From: Octopus vulgaris | Lineage: Eukaryota | Length of the DNA: 64,000 nucleotides | Assembly: GCA_951406725.2 (NCBI GenBank) | Contig: OX597824.1 | Span: 61,752,001-61,816,000 of the forward strand | Reading direction: 5' to 3' | Shown: positions 52,701 through 64,000 of the stretch, piece after piece | How the letters are laid out: each line of letters starts with the position of its first letter | How positions within the stretch are numbered: position 1 is the first letter of the stretch | Program-made: the position numbers and the translations under genes | The notes under the pieces: generated by a model | Databases searched by the model: none | Seen by the model: the letters and a program-made list of their open reading frames with translations, nothing else | What the model was told of the DNA's origin: nothing

Positions 52701-54339
52701 GAAATACGTTTATTAATGTATGTTTCATTTTAAAAGAGAGAGAAACACACAAAATGCTCAAAGAGAAACTATCTCAGATATCAGAACCATGTTTTAAGAA
52801 TGACAACAAGCAGCCATTATATTAGATTTATAGATGCAATGGAAGATAAAATCATGAACGTAAAATATAGTTTCAAACCATTTTAGAAATAATGAAAGCT
52901 ACCACAGTATTCTATTTTGAATGCTTTGATAATGCGAATTTCTTGTTTATGAAATTTCGTGTCTGTGATTGTGAAATATTATAAAATTTTCCCTAAAATT
53001 GTATTAGTCTAAGGGTAAAATATTCCATGTCTGCGTGGAATGAACATTTGAGTGTTGTGTATACAAAGGACATCCTCTTTTACAGTCATCTCTCAGACAT
53101 CACTCCCTTTCTTTATCTCTTTCTCTCTCACACTATCTCTTTTTCTATTTGTCTGTCTGCCTCTCGCTCTCTCTCACTTTTCTCAGTGACCATCAACTTA
53201 GCTTCAGTGCCATATGACAGAGTGTATAAAAAGGCAAAGAGCTTCATACAAAATTATTTCTTTGATGAATTATCACACAACGCACGATAGATACTAATAA
53301 CGGTATGTAGTTTATAGCAACTTTTCTAGTGAAGCGCCTTTTGCTTTTGAACTAAATTCAATTTTCTGTATAGAGTAAAAAGCAATGGAACTATCAAGTT
53401 CAGAATTTATTTGGTGCAAATGTGTAAAGAAAAAATTTCAGACACAGGTCACTTAAGTTAATTATGCCTGTGTGGAATAAACAGGTTCATTTAAATAAGA
53501 ACTCGTTGCAACATTCTAATTCGACTTAATTACCACTCATACTAACCAACATTTCTATCGTATCTTACGATAACGAACAAATAATTACCGGTGGAGAAAC
53601 TGGAGTATAGACACTCAAAGTTCTTGGCTGAAACAAAATCTTAGAGCACAGTAAAAGAAGGTTATGGTTTGGAATAGAACGTATGAAAAATCAAATAGAT
53701 TTAACCGAAGAAATATTAATCAGGGAAACAAACGTGAAGTAGACTGCAAAATTTGTTTTATTAGCTTTGATCCATTCAGTCATGTACTTTGTTGTACATT
53801 TTAATGTATCCCGAAGGAACAGTATTATCCAGGCAAAAACACAATAACTTCAATAGATAAGTAGGATCAGGTGTTTTCTTGTTACAAAAATGCTATCAAG
53901 ATAACACTTGATGATCAATATCAACAGAAATTTCACAGTATGAATTGTCTTTCTAAACGCCCCAACTCACTCTTTCTTTTTCCAAATATCTAAACTATAG
54001 GAAGGACCTTATAAAAATACGTAGATATACAGAAACATGTAAACGTGCACACACACAGACACATACACACATACAGACATAAACGCCTCGCACACACGCA
54101 CATACACACACATATATTAATATATATAAATATATATATATATATAGGCATATACATATGTAGATATATGTAGATAGGCTTTTAATTTTCTGACAGCAGT
54201 TTACTCGTAAACATAAGCCGAGGTATACCCGGATACCCAATCACATTTACATAAACGGGTACATATATGCGTATGTATGTGTGTGAGCGCCTGTGTGTGT
54301 GTGTGTAACACACACAGTATGGCATATCCACTTAATGGG

Positions 54340-54520
54340 GTTATACACATTAAAATCCATGGTTGGCCTCACAATCATCCGAGTTCTTTTACAAGACTTA
54401 GAAAAACTGAAAGACCGCTGCACTAGGTGCGTAACTCTGAAACGAAATATTTTGAATGAAATCACAATTACCTGATTCTCCCGTAAACCAAAGCCAGGAA
54501 CTTTTCAGCGCCCCCACGCA
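54340..54520 (+). mobile_element. Mariner 3'-end remnant
   Basis: RCTRCVTLK-like transposase C-terminus followed by the TIR-like AACTTTTCAGCGCCCCCACG. Confidence 0.6.
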
Positions 54521-54552
54521 CATACACACACGCACACAGAAACGCACACTGA

Positions 54553-54606
<54 letters not shown>

Positions 54607-56378
54607 TGAATACACACACATACATACAAGTGTTTGAATTTGTGCGTGTGTGGACTTTGTGTGCGTGTAGCACGTTAGTTCAATAATTTAACTTCGATAC
54701 CTTTAATAGCGAAGTGTTTATTTTCTTTGAAAATATTCTTTGTGATGCTATTATTTCGTTATGTAGCTCCACCTAAGTTACTAATAATAAAGATTATAAT
54801 TGACGTTATACTCGGTATATATTCGTATTTTCGCTGGTTGCGATATTTAATGATCCGAGTACAATACCCAGACTGTGAATAAAAATTATTGTTGCAATGT
54901 AAAAAGAAATTTCTTTATAGCATGTTCCATCCATCCGAGATTCGATTCCGAACTGTGTAGGGTAAACGTTTGATACATAAGCACTCAACTAACATCAACT
55001 GCCACTTCAGTATGGGCTTACGGAATGCTTGCAGTGTCCTACGACATGTCTTTGTATGTTTATTCTGTCTTTCATCATTTTCACTTCCTGGCTAGTTGAC
55101 TTAAAGGTAACAATAAAGTGTCGCTTGTTTTCCAGCCTCTCATTGACGTTTATAAACTTTGCGTATATAGATCGGTGAAACACAAGCACGCATACAATCA
55201 CATACACACGCAGGCACCTACATACATATGCGACGATTTTTTACTCTTAACGTCTATCGAATTGCATTCAAATATAGTTGTAATAGGAAGGTTATGATAT
55301 AAGTCAACTGTCAAAGGCAGAACGCAAAAGGATCGAACGCCAAATGTTGATGTTACGAAGATAACTTCCTATTCTCTCATAGGGCAACTACCCTCTATAA
55401 AAGTAAAGGACAATATAGGCAATGTAATCACCGTTATATAAGATGAACATTGCTATAAGATGCTTGATCATAGCTCTGCTGAAACAGAGTTGTAGCTAAG
55501 AACAAGTACAGCATCACCAACAATAATATGATATAATAATGAATAAGCATCTAACTGGTAGTGAATCAAAAGGAAATGCCTGTCAAATATTTCTGAAACT
55601 TCTACCGTCTTAAAGAACGCAGTGTCTATTAAGAAATGTAGATCAGGATTGACTGGGAAAACTGAGCCCATATTCTTGACACTTACTGAAATTTTGTATT
55701 TTTATATATTGATTATATATAAAAAAAATAATTCGGAAATACTATTCTTATTTGGAACTATTTAAGTTATAAAAACTTTGCAACAAAAAAATTACATAAT
55801 GAAAGATATCATATATACTTATAGTTGGATATTGTCCATAATACTGCGAATAATGTATTTTGTATCAATATAACATAATTCTAGTCCTGGTTGCTTCGAA
55901 TAATAAAAGATACCTCTCTATCAAAAATGATGCATTGATGCAGATTTTTTTTATTTTCGAACGCAAGAAGCATTAAAAAGGGAAGTACTGTTTGCGAGAC
56001 ACGGTTACAACGGACGCTAAACTGATTAACAAATAAAGCAATGGCGGTTACAATCAGCGAACATATTACAATATTTGGCATCTACCATGCGAACAATTGT
56101 TTTTTTCTTCCATAAAATTTATCCAGTATTTTTTCTTACTTTAAATCGACACGATTATAGATTGCATTCAGTAAGTGATAAACTTTATTGATTTTTGTCT
56201 TCTTTAATTACACATTTAATTTTCAAATCTGTTCCTGCTTTCGTGTCTATTTCCTCATACATTAATTTTTGTAGTCTCACTTTTTTCCTCTCTCTGTCCC
56301 TCTCTTTCTATGTTTCTCTGCATCTCTCTCTCTTTTACACATTTTGTGTATGTATATGTATATATATATATAAATATG

Positions 56379-56439
<61 letters not shown>

Positions 56440-56440
<1 letters not shown>

Positions 56441-57520
56441 TAAAAGGAATTTCAACCTTGTCTGATTTTCACGTTTTATTTACAATCTTATAATGATATA
56501 ATATAATATAATATAATAAAACAAAATAAAATAATAGAATGTTAAATGTCCATTCTGATTGAACTAGTACTTTCATGCATTAAATTCTGCAATCTTCAGG
56601 TTCATGTAGTAGTGGTGACAGTCATGCTTCACAATTTTTGACTGTAGCGAGATGATTGAATCTGTGCCTTAAATACAGCTGTGTAGGCTCCAGATTGCTA
56701 GGTTTTGCAAACTGTATTCTGACCAGTCAGTGTGTAGTATCACTCAATTACTTAAGCTGATTGGTTGGTTGAGCTGATTGGTTTAGGCGTCACGCTTTGT
56801 TGGACATGTCAAGAGTCCTGTATCTTAAGCCTGGCCGAGGCAGCAATTGTTGGGCTATTTTTAGAAATGTTGTAAATAGCTTTTGTCAGAGATTTTTATA
56901 ATTTTTATATTTCAATTGTCATCATCATCATTGTCAGCACCTTAATTATTGTTGCTAGTGGTGATGGTGGTGGCAATAGAACTTTTAACCCTAAATAAGA
57001 TAATTTTCCTGCTATCTAAGTATTATTATTATTGCTTATTTAGCTTGGGTTCGAATTTCTCAATAAATTTATTTTCTCTGATTTTCCTCTCGATTTCACT
57101 TGGGCTGTGTAATTTGTAGAATGGAAATATTATATATATTTTCCGACCATATGTTGCTAGGTGGTTACTGAAAGGTATCTGACGGACCTCTGGGTCTCTA
57201 ATCTGTTGTCGGTGTACACGTGAGCGTTCTGATAGTGCATTTCCCGTCTGACCTACATATAGTTCTTCACAATTTGGGCATTTGATGCAGTAAATTAAAT
57301 TTCTGCTTTTGCAGTTCATATTCGTGTTTGTAAATATTTTCCCGTTTTTGTGTTTATATATTGGCCGATATGTATGAAATGGCATGTGCCACTCCGGCTA
57401 TCATGGCATTTAGATACAGTGAATGTTTGGTCTTTGTTGCTAAGGTCAAATTTTGCCTTTGTTACTAATTTTTTCAAGTTTTTAGGCTGTCTTTTACTAA
57501 GAAACATAGCTCGATCTGTG
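56440..57520 (-). mobile_element. PLE 3' fragment (Naiad/Neptune-like GIY-YIG with CxxC insert) and 3' terminal region
   Basis: [67 protein letters not shown]. Confidence 0.9.
56560..56604 (-). ncRNA. Minimal type-I hammerhead ribozyme, core intact
   Basis: TGAAC-CTGAAGA-TTGCA-GAATTTAA-TGCAT-GAA-AGTACT-A-GTTCA. Stem I is 5 bp, stem II is TGCA/TGCA, stem III is the palindrome AGTACT, and the cleavage triplet is CUA. Confidence 0.8.
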
Positions 57521-57567
57521 ATACATATATATAAATACAAAGAGATACGCACTGATACATACACACA

Positions 57568-57661
<94 letters not shown>

Positions 57662-57894
57662 GCTTCGAAACGCGGAGCGGATGAAACAGGGACAACTGAA
57701 GAAGGGGAATATTCTTTATGTTGTATGTCTCGTTTCTCAGTGTTCGACGTTTTTTTTATGTCGTGTTCGATATATGCATGTATATATACATATATATATA
57801 TATGTAGGTATATACATATTTGTATGTATATATGTATATATTATACTATATTATATTATATATGTATATATTTATATATTATACTATATTATAT

Positions 57895-57926
<32 letters not shown>

Positions 57927-59029
57927 CATACACACACACTCAGGTGTGTTTGTGCGCGTGTGGCATGCTATGCTCTAGTTGATATTTGTGTAGGTCTGTA
58001 TATCGTTGATACTATTCAGTATACATATGCAAATGTACATTCCCTATACCTACACCCCTCCATATTTACAGGCAAATGCAAAAGCCCACAAGCCAAATCA
58101 TAGAAAAACATTCACCCCGAGATACATACATACACACACACATATATATGCATACATATTTATATACGTAAGTATAAGCACATGCATATGTATGTACGTA
58201 CATGTTTGTACTTGTGTGAGTGAGGGCAGGAATATAGCGTAAAATAAATAACCAAATAAATAAATGTCTAGGTTGATCGATATTTAGTGAGTTATTTATG
58301 TATCTGTGAGAAACATTTATATACATGTATAAATGTTTCTCGTAAATCATTCATTTTTCTTCAAAATGCATGAAATTCTTAGTAGCATTATTCGTTGCTT
58401 GTTGCTGTTGTCTCATCTAAGTCTGTCCAGGAGAAAAAATGGTGAAACAAACACTCACTTAGTTACGGACATACCCTTATGCAAACATAAAAACGTGCGC
58501 GCGTACGTATATATTCACACAACAAAATATAAGGTCAACATAGAAGGAAAGTTTTAAGAAAATGTCCGTCAATTCGAAAGCGAGACAAAAAAATTACAAT
58601 AGTATGGAATAATATGGACACAGTCGTTTAATCTGGCTCAAATACTTCCACAAATGTGTTCTCGTTAGTTTGCTTTTTCGTGTGTATGTGTATGGTGGTG
58701 TTTTTTGTAAATACTATTACTCTGTCTTATTATAGAATTTTATAGAATTCTAAAGATGATCATGTGGTGGATCATTGCATATCAACCTTTGTACGTATTA
58801 TGTTAATGGGTCTCTTTTTAAATGTTTTATTTAAATGGACATCTTGGTCAATATAACATACGTACCTCACCCAATTCACTCTGATGATTCAGGTTTATAT
58901 AGTTACAGATAGACATCACAGGACATGCATGACACATCACTGTAAAAAAGAAAAAAAAAACGATGCTATGTTCATTAGCTTGCGGTAGGTCGTCAAAATC
59001 ATTTAATCTCTATGTACTATTCACAGAAA

Positions 59030-59640
59030 GGCGGCGAGCTGGCAGAAACGTTAGCACGCCGAGCAAAATGCGTAGCCGTATTTCGTCCGCCGTTACGTTC
59101 TGAGTTCAATTTCCGCCGAGTTCGACTTTGCCTTTCATCCTTTTGGGGTCGATAAATTAAGTACCAGTTACGCACTGGGGTCGCATAATCGACTTAATCC
59201 GTCTGTCTGTCCTTATTTGTCTCATCTGTGTATAGCCCCTTGTGTGTAATAAAGAAATAGGTATTTCGTCTGCTGCTACGTTCTGAGTTCAAATCCCGCC
59301 GAGGTCGACTTTGCCTTTCATCCTTTCGGGGTCGATAAATTAAGTACCACGTACGCACTGGGTTCGATGTAATCGACTATATCTTTTGCCTGTTCTTGTT
59401 TGTCCCCTCTATGTTTAGCCCCTTCTGGGCAATAAAGAAATAAGAATCATTAGCATGGCGGGCAAAATGCTTAGCAGCATTTAGTTCGTCTGTATGTTCT
59501 GAGTTCCAATTCCGCCGAAGTCGACTTTGCCTTTCATCCTTTCACGGTCGATAAATTAAGTATCAGTTCAGTTCTGGGGTCGATCTAATCGACTGGGCCC
59601 TTCCCCACGAATTACAGTCCTTGTGTCTGTAATAGTAAGG
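59030..59640 (+). mobile_element. Trimeric Meta/MESC-like SINE
   Basis: Three units starting at ~59030, ~59261 and ~59445, each with GTTCTGAGTTC..CGCCGA..TCGACTTTGCCTTTCATCCTTT..GGTCGATAAATTAAGTA. Confidence 0.88.
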
Positions 59641-59727
59641 ATTCACGTCTCGATTTGTTCTAAGTGCAGTGTAAATGCTTAGTTGATCAAGTCACTCCCT
59701 ATATATATACTCTTTTCTTTTTTACTC

Positions 59728-60127
59728 TTTTACTTGTTTAAGTCATTTGACTGCGGCCATGCTGGAGCACCGCCTTTAGTCGAGCAAATCAACCCCGGGA
59801 CTTATTCTTTGTAAGCCCAGTACTTATTCTATCGGTCTCTTTTGTCGAACCGCTAAGTGACGGGGACGTAAACACGCCAGCATCGGTTGTCAAGCAATGC
59901 TAGGGGGACAGACACACAAATACACACACATACAAATACACACATATATATATATATACATATATACGACAGGCTTCTTTCAGTTTCCGTCTACCAAATC
60001 CACTCACAAGGCATTGGTCGGCCCGGGGCTATAGCAGAAAACACTTGCCCAAGATGCCACGCAGTGGGACTGAACCCGGAACCATGTGGTTGGTTAGCAA
60101 GCTACTTACCACACAGCCACTCCTGCG

Positions 60128-60130
<3 letters not shown>
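59728..60130 (-). mobile_element. CORE-like tRNA SINE, full length, well preserved
   Basis: Minus strand TAGGCGCAGGAGTGGCTGTGTGGTAAG..GGGTTCAGTCCC..TTGGGCAAGTG. Confidence 0.9.
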
Positions 60131-60174
<44 letters not shown>

Positions 60175-60178
<4 letters not shown>

Positions 60179-61160
60179 AGAATTCACAAAGAAACAAAAG
60201 ACGAAGACAGGTTGTGTAACCAACAAACCGATGTATTAGTTTAATGCTCGGGAAGTGAAAAGGTCTTTAATGTTTCGAGCCTACGCTCTTCCACAGAAAG
60301 GAACACAGAAAGAAACAGGGAGAGAAAATAAAAAGAAGGTCTAGTAGCTAGCGATCTATCATGGCGAATGCTGGACTGAAGGATTACACAAGAAGGACAG
60401 CTAGGAAGAAGGGGAGATAATAAAGTAGTATTGATCCCAAAACGAAGGTGCGCGTGCTTCTGTATAAGAGAGTATGTATGTGCGTGTGGAAGAGGGCTGG
60501 TGGTCTTGACGTGTACGTGTATGTGTAGGTGTGAAGATGTGGGGCTGGGACGTGGTCAGTGCTAGTGAGTGCGTGGTGGTGTGATGTCGTATGATGTGTT
60601 GTGCGGTATGGTGGTGCATGGTGTTGTGGTGTGTGGTGTGGTGTGATGGTGTTGGGAAGTGTTTGGGAGGCGAGAGTGAGGAAAGCAAGAGTGGGGTGTG
60701 GATTAGGCTGAGGGTGGGGGTAGAGATGGGGTATGTGGGAGTGGGTGTGGGAGTAAGGGATGGTGTGGGGTGGGATGGAAGGGATAGCAAAGGTGGAGTT
60801 GGAATGTGTAGGGTTGGGGTGGGGTTACGAGGGAGGGGTGACGATGAAGGGGAAGGAAAAGGTGGGTAGGAGTGAAGAGAAGAATTAGGAGTCGGAGCAA
60901 GAGAGGAGAGGTCGGTGGGAGGAAGTAGGGGTGAGGGGGAGTGAGGCGAAGGGAAGAGGTTAGATGAAGAGAGGAAGAGAGTTGAGCCCATGTGGCGCAA
61001 TGTAGCGAAAAGAGAAGATTAATCCATGTACACGGCGCAAACGGGAATCCGGATGGCCCCTGTGCAAGTACAATCCGAACACACGCAGGTGTTGCAACGA
61101 GTGACCAGTAGAGCAGAAATGGCGAGAGACCGGGGTGTCACTGCCGAGTAGATGTCTCGG
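60175..61160 (-). mobile_element. PLE (Neptune-like) 3' fragment with a low-complexity C-rich tail
   Basis: PVSRHFCSTGHS..LRVFGL..R.RRVHGLIF..APHGLN GIY-YIG C-terminus; hammerhead-like motif at 60265-60300. Confidence 0.8.
60265..60300 (-). ncRNA. Variant minimal hammerhead-like motif
   Basis: CTTT-CTGTGGA-A-GAGC-GTAG-GCTC-GAAA-CA-TT-AAAG, with A6 replaced by U. Confidence 0.45.
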
Positions 61161-61174
61161 AAGTATGCATGTAA

Positions 61175-61505
61175 AGGCGCATGGCTCAGTGCTTAGAGCG
61201 TCGAGCTTACGATTGTGAGGTTGTGAGTTCGATTCCCGGACCGGGTTGCATGTTATGTTCTTGAGCAAGACACTTTATTTCACGTTGTTCCAGTCAACTC
61301 AGCTGTAGAAATGAGTTTCGACATCGATAGTGCCAAGGTGTATTGGCTTTTGCCTTTCCCTTCGATAACATCAGTTGTGTGGAAAGGGGACGCTGGTATC
61401 CATGGCGACAGCTGACCTTCCATAAGCAACTTTGTCCAGACTTGTGCCTCGGAGGGTAACTTTCTAGGTGCAATCCCATGGTCATTCATGACTGAAGGGG
61501 TCACC
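61175..61505 (+). mobile_element. tRNA-derived SINE
   Basis: GGCGCATGGCTCAGTGCTTAGAGC..GTGAGTTCGATTCCCGG..TCTTGAGCAAGACAC. Confidence 0.88.
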
Positions 61506-63045
61506 TCCTCATATTTGCATCTAAGTGTGTAGGCTTGAAGAAGATTTTTTTGCGATAGTTAATTGCTGACACTCGCAAGTCTAACTTGCGACTGATACTT
61601 ATCCAATGGAAAGTTCACCGACGAGAACAGTTACAACTTGGTACTAGTTACCTCGCAGTCGTTGCAGTTACAATGCAAGGGCCCTAATAATCTTGCAAAC
61701 GTACCAGCCTGCATTGGAGTTTATTTTGACACCGAAAGGTAGAATATCTGTAGAAATAGCATAGAACATTCTATCCCACTCACAAATGTCTTTGCCGATT
61801 CGTCGAAATACATGTGAATTGCTCTAAATACATTCGTTTAATGGATTTGTTTAATACACATTAATTTATCTTAATTAAACAGACTTCTCATATTGGATTA
61901 AATATATTCACGTACCCTAAATACACCAGCTCTCTCTCAATAAACTAACCTATAACAAATACAGTGTTTCCTTCTAAATACACTGGTATGACCTAAATAG
62001 TTTGATTGTTTTACATACAGTGGCTGTTCTACATATATTGGCTTGCCGTATATAAACTAATTTAATGTGATGTATGAAATATTGCTCCAGGAATTTAATA
62101 AGATATGAGATACCTCGCATAAAACACAAAAGAATATTATCGGTAAGACTCAAACAAAATCTAGTCGAAAATCCTGTGAACTGAAAAACGTAGAAAAAAG
62201 CAAGACGAGAAAATTGCATGGTTAATCAATTATGTGAAAGAAAACGGTATAATCAAGAAAACCTCTGCAATGTGGATTATAAAAAAGTGAGGCCAGTGAT
62301 GCTTTCTATTTGTTATGCGGTTGTATTTGTGTGTGATGTATGCGCGCACAATAATTATTTATGCGGAACTAACCCAAATTTATTCACTGTGACCTTCAGC
62401 AAAATGATGGGGAACACAAAGGGAGACATACAATCTGATATCAATGTGTATTTAATATTTATACTTTATAATCTCCTTTTTTCTCTCCAGGGAACGTATA
62501 ATTTGACGTCTATGTTATCTGAAAGTCTATAACTAATCAAACATCGAAAAATACAAAACGAATGAAATAAGCAAATACACTATAGCGCTAAAAGTTATGT
62601 GAACTTTATATTAGCGGTGAATCGTATGAATTGTATTTATTAAACATGAAAACATCTATAGTATTTCACATTCATTGTGCATATAGACTTAGTGGAACTA
62701 TATCCCGTTCCTTTGTTAGAGTTTTTCTTAAATATTTGTTTTCTTCATTGGCAACATCCATGATTAAGGATATCGTACTATTTCAAAGAGCGAATTTACA
62801 AAATTTATTGATTATTCTCCAACAGTTATTCGTGGGAGCTTTCGGCGGTTCAGGCCTGTTGGAGAAAGTTTATATTTCTGTCGCATGCACACATGCATAT
62901 TTTCAAACAACTACACGCCCCACCACATATATATGAATCTACATATGTAAAGATGCATATACATACATACACACACACATCCATACTTATATATACAGAG
63001 ATACACATAGATAGATACATAGATAGAGATACACACAGACACATA

Positions 63046-63876
<831 letters not shown>

Positions 63877-64000
63877 AATAATTGCAGCGTGGAAGGTGTT
63901 TATAAGCCATTTAAGAAACACACAAAAGCTGTTCGATTCACTTCAACATTTAAGTTTAATTTGCAGCACGGACTTTGTCAGTGAACAGGTCGCGGATTTT

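Noticed and set aside
57029-57564. Selenocysteine recoding as known for some Naiad PLEs
   Set aside because: The conserved Cys positions I checked are Cys codons or AGT, not TGA, and I saw no convincing SECIS.
59030-59640. CRISPR-like or tRNA gene array
   Set aside because: The units are ~200-bp SINE monomers without unique spacers or complete cloverleafs, and the context is eukaryotic.
60401-61000. 199-aa Pro/Ser/Thr/His-rich ORF
   Set aside because: Low-complexity PLE tail, not a mucin or extensin gene.

Overview
AT-rich, microsatellite-dense eukaryotic DNA that is largely transposon-derived. The SINE types and (TA)n/(CA)n/(TATC)n tracts suggest a cephalopod, probably Octopus (inference). 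I found no convincing host protein-coding gene; most ORFs in the track are microsatellite or low-complexity artefacts. Recognisable elements: RTE-clade LINE remnants; a 5'-truncated R4/Dong-type LINE with a restriction-like endonuclease (RLE), inserted in a (TAA)n tract; a CR1-like fragment; about eight Penelope-like element (PLE) copies or fragments; two Helitron remnants; a full-length dead mariner nested in a foldback element; MITE-like palindromes; and many tRNA-derived SINEs. The most interesting signal is in the PLE termini, which carry minimal or variant type-I hammerhead ribozyme motifs, one of them with an essentially intact core (56560-56604). One PLE family has a terminus built as tRNA-like Pol III head + (TAA)n + hammerhead. 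In another PLE, the (TAA)n of the terminal repeat was the landing site of the Dong-type LINE. All alignments and folds were done by eye, and boundaries are approximate.
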